A stretch of DNA of 64,000 nt. Origin: Dimorphilus gyrociliatus (taxonomy: Eukaryota > Animalia > Annelida). Positions 1 to 11,388 of this stretch are shown here, piece by piece. The position numbers and the translations under genes are program-made. The stretch is taken from assembly GCA_904063045.1 (NCBI GenBank), contig CAJFCJ010000012.1:1798001-1862000 (forward strand). Reading direction: 5' to 3'. The notes beneath the pieces are model-generated. The model saw only the letters and a list, made by a program, of their open reading frames with translations, ran no database searches and had not been told where the DNA came from. Each line of letters starts with the position of its first letter. Position 1 is the stretch's first letter.

Positions 1-451
1 CTCTATTATCGGAATTGTTACAGCAGTTATGATGTGCAACATTTGGAAAATGAAAAAGGCTTTCTCAGTGTTTGTATACAAAAGTTTTTCATTATCAACG
101 AACGAAAACTTTTATTAATTTAATTTCAGTCCTCGACAAGTCGAATCTATAGAAAGTTCGAATGAGGTTCAGAATAATTACAAGAAAACTGTCTCTGATA
201 GGCCTGAAACAGCTTCATCCAACAATAGTCGATTATCGAGACAATGTAGCAATATTCATTTCAAGCTAATGTTATATAGATAAAAACAATTTTGTAAATT
301 TTCAGCAAGAAGTCATACTCATAGTCCAAATCTCAATGAAATGACTCCTCCAAATACGCCATCTGTTTCCAGATCCAGTATTGTCTCTCCAAGGAATGTC
401 AATCTAACTCCAAGAAGTAATTTGACTCCAAGAGATGCGAAATTCTGGTAA
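1..451 (+). CDS. 3' end of an unidentified single-pass membrane protein (TM helix plus Ser/Pro-rich cytoplasmic tail); 5' part lies outside the window
   Basis: Spliced frame reads SIIGIVTAVMMCNIWKMKKAFS/VPRQVESIE.../SRSHTHSPNLNEMTPPNTPS...TPRDAKFW*. It uses a GT-AG intron at 70-129 and a second short intron ending at 305; stop TAA at 449-451. Confidence 0.55.
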
Positions 452-706
452 CATAGATGAAAAAGTAATGAAAAGTATCACAAAAATAAAACTGCAGGAG
501 AATGATGACATTCGACGACGAATCCATAAAAGAAAGAAGCTAATATATTTAACAAAATTAAAACATATTCCATTCTATCGATCTTTTATATATAGCTATC
601 GGTTCACAAGTGTTGAACATTTCGGGTAAACGTGTTTACCCTAAATGTGTAACTCTTTTGCTTCAGATATCTGTGTTTTGTTTTTTCATTATTTCTTGAA
701 TTCTTT

Positions 707-1651
707 TCAAGCGAAATAAAAGTCTAAGTGCTCTTCTTCCTCTAAATGGTTATTTGCATGTTCATTAATTAGAGTCTTAGGTATACGATCCTGGCAGAAA
801 ATACACACTTCCGTTTCCTCTTCTCCTGCAATAGATCCGCATGTAAGGCAATGTTCCTGAAGTTCACTTAATGATTTCCAATTTTTTTTCTCACAAATAG
901 GACAAGTTAGTCCATCTGATCTGATGGATGCAGAATGATCGAAACTGACATTTGAATTAATTGCTACATCATTAGATGCATTGTCTATATTTCTATCATA
1001 ACGATGATCTCGAGAGTCTAATGATAGTCTAAAGTCCAATGATGGTAAATTACATTGATAATTGAAGTTACAATTCGTTTCCGAAATTGTGGAACAGCCA
1101 TCGGTGCTATCTAAAAAGTCTCTTGAATATGTTTTTGCAGTATTTGAAAATTCTCTTCCATTATTTTTAACGGTATTAGACACTGATTTACTGTGAAACA
1201 AAAGTCTAGCTGTTTCTCTATTTTTCTGACTTAATTCCTTGATTTTTAATGAATATTGTCGAACAATGTTACGAAACACAGTTAATTCATTTTCTAATTT
1301 TGAAATCTGTTCCAATTGTTCTCTTATAATAAATCTGTCCTTTTTTACAACGCTCTCCATGTTCCTACCGACTGCTTTAAGGATATTGTTAAATACCAAA
1401 TGAGTATTAGAATGATATCCATTATCACTTTCACTTTCTGCTTGTCTTACACTAACAAAGTCTTCAATATTTTCATTAGATGTCAATAGCACTTTTAGTT
1501 GATTAGGTAAGGCCTTAAACTGACTCTCAAACATTTCTATTCTTGATGTCAAGCTTATGATTTCCTCATCTTTTTTTTTCATCTGTATTTTCAATATCTC
1601 ACATTCTCGTTCCTTTTTCTTAAGATCCGTCTCCTTATGTAAATTGTTCAT
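707..1651 (-). CDS. Coiled-coil protein with two C-terminal zinc fingers (CCHC and CCHH, NEMO/UBZ-like); adaptor of uncertain orthology
   Basis: 314-aa ORF with an N-terminal heptad-rich region. C-terminal motifs are CPICEKKNWKSLSELQEHCLTC and CIFCQDRIPKTLINEHANNH. Extra 5' exons are not excluded. Confidence 0.65.
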   Translation of the reverse strand: MNNLHKETDLKKKERECEILKIQMKKKDEEIISLTSRIEMFESQFKALPNQLKVLLTSNENIEDFVSVRQAESESDNGYHSNTHLVFNNILKAVGRNMESVVKKDRFIIREQLEQISKLENELTVFRNIVRQYSLKIKELSQKNRETARLLFHSKSVSNTVKNNGREFSNTAKTYSRDFLDSTDGCSTISETNCNFNYQCNLPSLDFRLSLDSRDHRYDRNIDNASNDVAINSNVSFDHSASIRSDGLTCPICEKKNWKSLSELQEHCLTCGSIAGEEETEVCIFCQDRIPKTLINEHANNHLEEEEHLDFYFA

Positions 1652-2542
1652 TTGTATATTAGAGAATTTTCAGTCAATATTCCTTTTTTTTGGCTTCAAC
1701 AAATATTCCAATCGTGTGTTGCCCTTAAAAATGTAAACTATTTTCATATTAAATATTTAAGATTATTTGTAACTTTTGTATCCTTCTGTTTTTGAATAAA
1801 AATAACATTGGATTTTTTACTTTTCTCTAAACTAAAATAATAATACGTTTTAGACAATATAACTTATTTTTTATTTTTGAGACTATAATGATAATACCTA
1901 GTTGAACAATGTTTTGTTAATTTGCTATGTACAGGACACTCATTTATCTAGCAGCGCCATTTTGTATTCAGTTTTTTTACGTCTGTTTTACTAACCTCTG
2001 TCTATTTCGTCGTTCCAAAGAACTATGACAATCGCTTGGATTTTTAATTCATTAAATTTAATTTAACAGTATAATACTCATAATTAATATTTTATGGGTA
2101 TTATTTGTAATAAGTGTATTAAGTTGTGATTTTCAATTCAACTCACAAAGAAAATAGCAATTAGAACTTTTAAAAGTTTTTCAAGATGATATTGTACATT
2201 TTGTCAATGACTTACTAATTTACGAATTATAACAACATAATTTCGAACTAAATCTGTCAGTTGTCACATGCTTAATTTTAAACATTAGATATTTTATACA
2301 AAAAAAATTTTCAAACCTCAAGTCGAATTTCCCTCTCTCATAACTTATACAATATTTCAGTATTTTTTAAAATTAAAGTCTTGCTTTCGTTCAGTTTTTG
2401 GGGAATCTTAACAATTTACTAAAATTAACTGTAAAAACTGGTTAGCTAAAAGGTATATGCTTGAGCGATATTTGGAATTTTAAGGTCATGTTCATGCACT
2501 AAAATAGTTTATGAGAAGTTATTTAATCTTGCAGGAAGTAGA

Positions 2543-2899
2543 ATGTCAACAACGCGACAACTTGTATTAAGCTGCTTTAAAAATCTTCATAGAGCGTGTG
2601 GGCAAGTATTCGGCAACGATTATAAAGCCTTAATTGAAGCAAGAAAAAAAGTAAATGAAGAGTTTAGGAAAAATTTACAATTGAATAATGAAGATGAAAT
2701 AAAAGAAAAGATACAATTCGGTGATGATGCTTGTGAGTTTTTAAAAACAATGGTTATTCAAGCGGAGGGTGATGGAAAAAATAGCTTTAAATTAAATATA
2801 ACAAAGGACACAACAATGTTAGAAAATGTAAGCTATGATCCAGAAGCAGTTGATAAAGCTTATGAAAACAAGAAAAAGCAAAGAAAAACTAAGAAGTGA
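2543..2899 (+). CDS. LYRM7: Complex III assembly factor LYRM7 (MZM1L)
   Basis: LYR-like motif (CFKNLHRACGQVFGNDYKALIEARKKVNEEFRKN) and TMVIQA...TMLENVSY match LYRM7. A 5'UTR intron acceptor (ttgcag) lies just upstream. Confidence 0.85.
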   Translation: MSTTRQLVLSCFKNLHRACGQVFGNDYKALIEARKKVNEEFRKNLQLNNEDEIKEKIQFGDDACEFLKTMVIQAEGDGKNSFKLNITKDTTMLENVSYDPEAVDKAYENKKKQRKTKK

Positions 2900-4692
2900 A
2901 TACAAAAATAGTGAATTTTAAATTTTGTTATAATCGAATACTAAATGAAATTATTTGTTGAAGTTTTAAATAAAGTCATTCATTTTTTATGCCTTAATAT
3001 AATTCTTCTGAAGAAAAATTTTCAGGTCATAATAAAGAAAATCTCTGACAACCTCAGCCTTGTGTTGATTACCAAAATTGATATATTACAATATATTCAA
3101 TTTAGTTTTAAAGTTCAGCACTGAAACAAGCCAAAATTCCTATGAGAATTGATCAATCATATTATAAAATTTTGTCAGCAAGTTTCGCCAATATTCAAAC
3201 TTTTATGAGTTCTTTGAGGATCTATCATTAACCCTTGAAATACTTATAATTTGAACAAGAAAGTAGAGATAAGTAGATTTTCTTAATCAGCTGGCATTTG
3301 GAATTTACATTTGACAATGCCAGTTGTATTTATTTCTCAACAATCGGATTATTTATACAATTTTTGCTTTAGAAAGGTTAAAATAAATGGAAAAATATAT
3401 TCTATTTTTGAAAGATTATGAATAAACAGATATGAAAACCAAATAAAAGCAACAATAGATGCTGAATGTAACAAACATAACTAAGTAATCAGAAAGAGTT
3501 TTTATATTACTAAAATGCTATATCCTTTAATAAATTTCATAATAAACCAAACAAAATCTTCTATAATGTTTATAAATTCTCCATTCATTAAATTTAAAAA
3601 ATTAACTGTAATTTGAAGCCATTCAAGTTTTGAGTAATGGGACTCTAATACCTTTTTTTATTATTTTATTCAATATCTATAAATCTTTACACAGTAAAGC
3701 AATACCTTTGAACTATAGTAAAAAGTTTGACAAATTATTGTAAGTATACCCTTTATCATTTCAAAGTAGCTATTGATTGGCCAATTGACTTTTTTAATGG
3801 ATTTTGGGTATTACGACATTCATTGCGGCCTATAGTAATACCCCATAATTAAGTTTTCTTCTGTGCAAAGGAAAATTTAGACCCGTCTAATTGCTTCTCC
3901 TTCTCTTATTACCTTCAAAACTCAAATTAAAAGTTCAGGTAACTTTAATACTATAACAACTAATTGAGGTTGTATAAGAGTTTTCATATTTAATACTTTT
4001 GAACGTATTTCGGTAAAAAATCGATTAATTCGTTAGTTGCTCGTGGCGACATCTACAATTTATGCATTAATCTTTCTAAGCTACCATTGGTAGCCGAATC
4101 GTCTGCTATTGTTAACAGTGATAATTGCAACAAAAAAGATTTCACTCTCTCATCAAAAACTCACTCAAAAGAAAATAAAGCATCAATAGGATACTTTTTC
4201 CGTAATAGATTTACTATTGTAACAGTAAATATTTAAACATTTTCAGCGATCTACTAGGCCTTTTCATTCGCTGAAGAATTTATGCGAATATGACATATAG
4301 CAAATATTATTACTCTATCAAATTTAGTTTTCTATATAACGGTTTACGAAACTGGCCTCAGTCTGAAACATTTTATTATTTAACACTTGCAATTATTAGT
4401 TTATCTTTTCGCAAAACTTGCTAGCTAGCTTCTCTCTTTTTTTGCTTACGATACTGGAGACTAATGGTTTATTATTTATTAACTAAGTAATAATAAGGTT
4501 CTAACAATTATATTCTCTTCCATTGAGATCTTCCGTAAAGACAGTTCCACCTCAATGAGCCTTTACAAATACCAACAGTTCTATAAAAAAGAGCCTGAAC
4601 ACCAAACACGAACTCGAAAGAGGCCATATATTTTCCCACCTTATTGCTGTGTATAAACTTTTGTCATAAAATTTATTTTCTCAGTTATAGAC

Positions 4693-6481
4693 ATGCCAGC
4701 GGTTCCAGGACAACCACATACTCCGACTTTACATCCTAGGACTAGGCCTGAGGCGAATGAATGGGCCCTAAAGATGAGACAAACGAATGATTGGTTTAGG
4801 CATGATGGACATAATGTAGAGGAGAGGAAACAATTGCCAAGGAAACTTCATACCGAAAAAGCTTACGAAATAGCGGATAAAGCTAGAGGTAATAGGAATT
4901 TTCGTTTCATAAACAAACAACTTATTTTCTAACAGCTCGACAAATATTTAATTTCATAAGGAAATATAATATTTGCATAAATATATTTTGAAAGATGTTT
5001 GCTAAACAGTAAAATATATTCACCTGAATCTTTCAATTAGGTCAACTACTTTCTTATTTAAGTCTAAAGTGATAAAACTATTGAATTCTATAAAGGGATT
5101 GAATAATGAACATAATAAAACTCTGTCATCACTAATTGTTGTTGAATATCATATTTTAAACAGGTGCTGCTGATGAGTGGTTCGCACACAATCCTAATAG
5201 GCCTGCTGTAAAACCGCAGAGGACCCGATGTCGAAGTGCAACGCCTAGAGAGGATGAAACTGGAAAGTGGTTTAAATTCAGTGATAACGAGAATTATCAT
5301 ACACCTAGAGCCAAGCATCGGCTAACTGAATCTCTAGGCTTTGAGGTTAAAGAAAAGTCAAAAGGCCAAAGTGATCAGTGGTACAGACATGAGCATCTTG
5401 ACACGCCTGAGACATTCGTTAAACATAGGAGTCCTACAAAAGAGTGCAGGAAGAATCTTGATAAGATGAGGGCTAGTGCTGACTGGTATATTCACAATCC
5501 CTCTATAACTGAAGTACCTGATCAAAAACTTAGTGCCAGACTTGCAGACAGAGAAGGTTAGTTATTCTTTTCCTTGTAAATGTTAATAAAACGATGGTTA
5601 ATTGCTATTGGCAGAACATTGACTTTTTCCTATAATTCAGCAAAAACCTACTTGGACAGAAATAAGCAAGGATCTGTATCTGAATGGTTCAGCCACGATC
5701 ACGCTGACAACGGTAGTGACGCTCAATCAGCGCCTGTACCTTCTCCCAGACCAAATGTGAATTCGGTAAGAAGCTTTATTTTATCCAATATTAGGTATTA
5801 AATGATAATTTAATAAATTAGGATTCAAAAGAGTGGTTTAGTCATGAAAATTTTCCAAAATCTGAGCCAAAATCAAAAAGAGTACCTTGTGAAATCGACA
5901 AGTTATTGAATCAAAATAGAGAGAGCGATGAAATGTACGCTGAGTATGTATCAAGAGTAAAGCCCGAAGCTAGAGAGTGGGCCCAAAGGAGTGTGAAGGG
6001 TCTTATGGAAAGACTTTTGGTTCATGATCCTACAGCTTCTCCTGCGGAACCTAATGCCCCTAGAGCAGTAAAACCAGAAGCCAGAAAAACTTTCGAAGAA
6101 AACAAAGGACAAATGGCAAAAGTTTTGGATGGACATCCAGCACCTCCTCTGAAAAAGAGCAATGTTGGCCGATCAGTTAAGCCGGAAGCGGCTGAAACGG
6201 CAGGAAAGCACTCAGGAGGAGACATGAAGAAAGTTTTAGAGGACCAACCAGCAAGCCCTGGAAAATTCGTTGGAGCAGCAAGAGCAATCCCAGCAGAGGC
6301 TAAGGATTGGGCGGAAAGAAACAAAGGTACAGTTGGACAAGTACTAACGGGTAGTAACGATTTAGAGTTAGCTGGAAAACCTGCACCAAAATTGGGATCA
6401 AACAGCGGAAGGGAAATTGCGATGAAACACAGAGGAACGGCAGGACCAGTTATCTTCAGCCAGCCAGTTCCTGCTAAGTAA
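4693..6481 (+). CDS. Uncharacterised 457-aa protein built from about 12 degenerate 35-40 aa repeats
   Basis: Exons 4693-4888, 5164-5556, 5641-5765 and 5822-6481 join through GT-AG introns into an open frame of 1374 nt. The motif R-x-K-P-E-A-x-E-x-A...G...W-F-x-H recurs throughout. Confidence 0.8.
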
Positions 6482-6850
6482 TTAACAACAACGTTTTTAG
6501 AAATTCCTTAATTAAGTCTTAAACTGATCAGCCATTATTGTAAACATTTGATTAAATTTTTTCTTTTTGTAAGTAAAACGTTTTTAGCTCCGTTTGAACT
6601 TAACGATCCTAGCTTGTCTTTTTTTCTCTGGCAAACATTCCATGAAAACTCAAAAATTAAACTATTGTCTTTTTCTTTAGATGCTTGTTTTTAATAAAGT
6701 AAAATTATAACTTGACTATTCTTTTTTATCGCGGAGCGGCAAAATTAGCGCTACCTTGCGGGGTGGAACAAAACGCGTCGTCTGCTATAGATGTTTTGAG
6801 TTCAAAAGAACATTTATATTTTTCAGTGATAAAAAATGTCACAGGGTCCA

Positions 6851-8085
6851 ATGGAGAAAAAGAATTTCCTCTGTGTAGGGCTAATTTGTGTTGACATTAT
6901 GAATCATGTGGAAAAATTCCCAACAGAAGATTCTGATAATAGGTTTGTAATTCTTTTTGATAATTGAAAGAACTTTCTTTACCTTTAAGCTTACGTGTAC
7001 AAACAAACAAATCTTATTATATAATATGTTAGGGCAAGTGATCAATATTGGCAAAGAGGAGGTAATGCTTCTAATAACTGCACTGTATTGTCATTGTTGG
7101 GCGAGAATGTGTCTATTTTTGGAACGATTGCGAACAGTAATGAATTAGGGTAGGATTATTGCCTTGTGTATCAGAAAATAAGTTCTGAACTTCTTATTTT
7201 AGATTTTTACAGGACGACTTCAAAAAATATAATATTTCATTTAATAACTGCCCAATTAAAGAGAACGTGACATGTCCCCTCTCTATTGCTATTGTCAATA
7301 AACAAAATGGATCAAGAACTATTATTCATCATAATCGGTTATTCAATTTCAAAGATTCTTTAGTAATTTTACAACAACGAGATTCAAAATTTCAAACAGA
7401 AATCTTCCTGAACTTACTTCCGATGAATTCTCGAAATTAGATTTAAAAAATTTTGATTGGATACATTTTGAAGTACTTACAACCGTTACTTTTTTCTGTC
7501 TACTCCTAAAGATAGATTTTTTGACAGGGTAGACCCAGTGTGGATGAAATCTCTGGAATGTTGCAAATAATAGACACTTTCAATGAAAAATATGATAAGA
7601 AAATAAGAACTTCAGTGGAATTGGAGAAAAAGCGAGAAACCTTGAAGCTTTTAGCTGACAGAGCTGATGTTATTTTTGTTAGTAAAGGACATGCAAGCAT
7701 GCTTGGATACAATAAGAAAGAAGATGCTTTATTACACTATTTAAAGAAATGTCGGCCAAAGTTAGCTGAATATGAAAACGTAATATAAATAGTTTTAATA
7801 TTTAAATTTCCGTTATAAAACAGAGCTACAGTAATTGTGCCTTGGGCCGAGGAAGGTGCAGTAGGACAAGTACAGGGACAAGATCAAATGTTCCACTCGC
7901 CATGTTTTTCTCCCGATAAAGTTATTGATACATTGGGAGCTGGAGACACTTTTGTTGCTTCTTGTATACAAGCTTTAAGCAGAGATTTACCCTTGGCACA
8001 TGCTTTGAAAATAGCTTGTAAAGTTGCCGGCTTCAAGTGCGGTATTAAAGGTTATGATGGAATCAGTAAAAATCTAATTGTGTAA
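6851..8085 (+). CDS. KHK: Ketohexokinase (PfkB family)
   Basis: Spliced exons give [76 protein letters not shown] and the PfkB signature DTLGAGDTF. Confidence 0.92.
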
Positions 8086-8314
8086 CAATAAAAATCCTCA
8101 AAAGTAGAAAATATCTTATTGATTTCTTTAATTTATATTTGTTCAATGTTCAAAACCCCAAGGTCTTCTGAATATATAATTAAAGCACTAATTGTCTTTT
8201 CTAGAAAAGATAGTCACTTTGACTGAAATTAATATTATAAGTTAGATGATGAAAAGATTGCTAGATTGTAGCATAGTAGAAGTACAAGTACTTAAACAAA
8301 AAATAACTATTCAT

Positions 8315-9431
8315 TTAATCAGTCCGTGATGTATCTTCATTCAATGACTTTGACTCCTGAATCAGTTTTTTGATCCCAACCATCCACTGATTTACCTGAT
8401 GATAAGATTTATATAAATAAAGGTATTTATTCAAGATTTCAATACCAAAACTTACTTCAGAGACATGGTCCATCATTAAAGTTAAGTGTACGCTTTCTGC
8501 TATTTCATATTTATGGCAGCATAGAGCGGCTGTTAATTTTGCCATTAGATCTTTAACATCTACAGATAATCTATCACTTTTCCACATGGTTTGCATAGTA
8601 ATTAATCGTTTCGAAACTTCATCCATCGATTTACCCTTCAAAAACAGAGAATACATTCAATAATCAATTATTGTTATGACCACTAATACCTTAGCTACAC
8701 AATCATTAACAAAGCGTTGCAAAGTTGATGTTATGTAATTGTATTTCTGAACGTCATCCTCAAAGTCTGGAACAGTTACTTGAGATTTCGTGGCACATTC
8801 TGGAGGAGGAGAAGAAACAACAAGACCAGAATTTAGTAATGATGGTCCTTTTGTTTCTGTAGGGCTAAATGATGGTACAAGAACAGCTGCAGGGGAAACA
8901 CTTGCTGGTAGAGCTGTTGTTGATGCTGGAGGATGCAAAACGACATTCATTTGTGGTTCTGTTGATTGAAGTTTAGTCACAGGATCAATGTCAGATACTT
9001 CTGCAGTAATTATTAAAAGTTTAGCTTGTTGAGCATTTTTCAACTATGCATATTTAGCTTACTAGTTATCCCCGGATATGCAACGCGTTTATTGAGCAAA
9101 GTTCTTTTTTGTGTGCTACTTGGTTGAACACCGTCATTAGTGTGGAGAAACATGGGAGGATCATTCCATCCCCTTTCATCGTTTCCTGATAATTTGTTTT
9201 ATATTGCAATTAATAACGATCATAACGTGACTAGTGAGAAACGGCAAAGCATGCTGTTTTAGTTAGTGAACCAAGAACAATCATTCTATGGTTTATATAT
9301 TTATATTCTCTTGGTTATTGAATATTTATATAGCATATATCCTACATTAAGGGATATCAAATCTGGAACAGTTAGTAAAATGGATAAAAAAGCTTAAATG
9401 CCAACTCACCAGGCCTTGTGGGCTGCGCCAT
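8315..9431 (-). CDS. SRA1: Steroid receptor RNA activator protein (SRAP)
   Basis: N-terminus MAQPTRP/GNDERGWNDPP...RTLLNKRVAYP; Pro/Ser-rich linker; C-terminal SRA1 domain (VHLTLMMDHVSEV/NQWMVGIKKLIQE). Confidence 0.88.
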
Positions 9432-9660
9432 GTTTGTTATTGTCACGTGACTTTTAAACTAAGGACACCTATCATACCGTACGTGGACAGACTTTGTCAA
9501 TTTTTTGAATGCCTACATCAGTTAAATGGTTTATACATGTGTAGTAGTTATGTATGCACTACATGAAATTTAATAGTAAATATCAAGAAATAACTTATTA
9601 TCATTCAGAGAACTTTTATTTAGTTATACGCAACGTAAACATTCCTCTTATAACAATCGT

Positions 9661-11021
9661 TTACTTCGCTTTCTTTCCAGTCTTGATCTTTCTCAAATAG
9701 AATTCTAATTCTTTGCCTTCGAGGATGTAACCATCACATCTGCCACTCTGTCCTGGTCTAGATGCGACACAAGCTGAAATAATAGAAATTATTAACATCC
9801 CACCTTAAAAAACTGGTGTGAAATATAATTTTTTGGTGAGGCTACATTTAATCAGAGTAACTATGACAGTATAATCACAAGATTTATGGTTAGAACCACC
9901 AAAACAGTGGCTCAGCCCAAATCATGCTAAGTTATGGTTCATCATTGTAAGGAAGTGATAAAATTAATTTCAAGTTTTCAACTTAAAACACTAACCAAGA
10001 ATACGCCCAGTCAAAAATTGATCTTCCAAAGCTTTTTCAACTTCCTTATGCTTTTGACGTTCAAGATACTTCTTTTGGGTTTTCTTAGACTTCTTATTCA
10101 AGTCTGGGACTTCGTCTTTCTTGTCATCCTGAAATGAACATTCATTTGGTTAGAGGTCAGAGGATGGTACAAAATTAAATGAGTCAAGCACCGAAGAATC
10201 CTCAAAATACTCTCCCTCCATTTACATTAGCAGCTATTCAAGACAGAACATCTGCTCCAAGATGGAGGCTAAACCGATAAGACAAGATATTTACCTCTTT
10301 GTTAGATCCCTTCTTTGTGTTGGCTCTACGTCCGAGAGGCAAGCAATAGTGTTGCTCATACCAATGACGGAAAGGGGTAGCATCGATTTGAACGATGGCG
10401 TTCTTAACAAGCGTCTTCGTTCTAACCAATTCATTGTTCGAAGCGTTATACACAACGTCTAGGATTCTTGTTTTGTGTGTACAAGCTGGAATATAGGTTT
10501 ATATAGAATTTTTTGAATAGGTTAATTGAAGCTAAAGCTTACCTTCAGATCCCCAGCTGTAATTGCCGTGATCTAATCTAAGAGCACGAACTTTAGTATT
10601 TCCTCCTCGCACTCTTATGGTTCGTACACGTTTTGCGTATAGCTGTTATAGAAAGTTGAATATGAGCGATGATATAACAAATATGTTAGACATGGCTAAC
10701 CTTAGTATTCGCTGGTGGACGACCGAGTTCAAACTTCCTCTTCTTACGAAGTGGGCACATACGGCCACCAGTCTTCCTTCGCTTATGCCATTTATCTCTC
10801 GAAATACCTAAGATTAAAGTTATTTAAATAAGTGACCAGAGTAATGAAGCAGGCTTAAACAAAAGTCAATTTACGCCGAATTTTTTGTATTTATTAAAAA
10901 TATCACAACGGCGAAGCACAGTAAACGTTATGATTATTATATAGAATGCTTCTAGATTAACGAGAAGTTTAAACTATCGATGATTTTGTTAGATTTTGAA
11001 AACATTTGCGGACTTACCCAT
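9661..11021 (-). CDS. RPS8: 40S ribosomal protein S8 (eS8), 6 coding exons
   Basis: [17 protein letters not shown]...[64 protein letters not shown]. Confidence 0.98.
9848..9950 (-). ncRNA. SNORD46: Box C/D snoRNA, SNORD46 (U46/U40, yeast snR63)-like, in the last RPS8 intron (9774-9995)
   Basis: Box C ATGATGA (9939-9945) and box D CTGA (9852-9855). The segment GTCATAGTTACTC, which runs into box D, is a 13-nt complement of conserved LSU rRNA GAGUAACUAUGAC. The +5 rule points to the A methylated by snR63/U46. An internal hairpin GAGCCACT/GGTGGTTC is present. Confidence 0.88.
10142..10270 (-). ncRNA. Box H/ACA snoRNA in RPS8 intron 10129-10294, predicted dual 18S pseudouridylation guide
   Basis: Hairpin 1 has stems CCTCCAT/ATGGAGG and AGCAG/CTGCT, with H box AGAGTA 15 nt from the pocket top. 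Hairpin 2 is followed by an AAA box variant. The pockets complement conserved 18S GCAUU-UG-CCAAGA and GUCAGAGG-UU-CGAAGA. Length is about 129 nt. Confidence 0.78.
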
Positions 11022-11039
11022 CTTGCGTTCTTCTAAGCC

Positions 11040-11048
11040 GGAAAAGGA
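11040..11048 (-). promoter_or_regulatory. TCT/5'TOP pyrimidine tract of RPS8
   Basis: TCCTTTTCC(GG) lies about 20 nt upstream of the ATG; the same CCTTTTCCGG core precedes RPL9. Confidence 0.7.
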
Positions 11049-11388
11049 ACCAGACACGTTCCGCAGATGAGTCGTTTACTGGTTCGTACTCCCTTAACTA
11101 ATATTTTTCTGATAAAATTAAACTCTTAATTTTTTTCTCATTTTAAATTAGATTACAGTTTAATTAATTAATTTTTTTGAAATTAGATTAACAAAAAGGG
11201 AGTGAAAATTACTAGCTGTATACACTACACATTAACTTCCGGTCGTCATGCGTGTCGTTAGATGATCGGTGTTTTCACACAAGCAAATTAGTTTGACGCT
11301 AAGGTGTCCTCCAATGTAAAACAGAGAAGATCTTTCAGAGACCACTAGGACGGATGCTACTTAAACCTAAGTCTAAAATAATTCCGTT

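Noticed and set aside
5951-6324. Minus-strand ORFs 5951-6136 and 6022-6324, and similar antisense or alternate-frame ORFs (10262, 15482, 17265, 26135, 54811, 59338, 63607)
   Set aside because: Shadows of well-supported exons on the other strand or frame; no independent motifs.
9929-9940. Segment GAACCATAACT next to box C of the SNORD46-like RNA is complementary to 18S AGUUAUGGUUC
   Set aside because: No D' box at guide spacing, and an 11-nt match to total rRNA can arise by chance; not treated as a second guide.
10809-11017. Long RPS8 intron 1 with a CGCCG/CGGCG stem as a possible third snoRNA
   Set aside because: No RTGATGA/CTGA pair and no H plus ACA box arrangement found.
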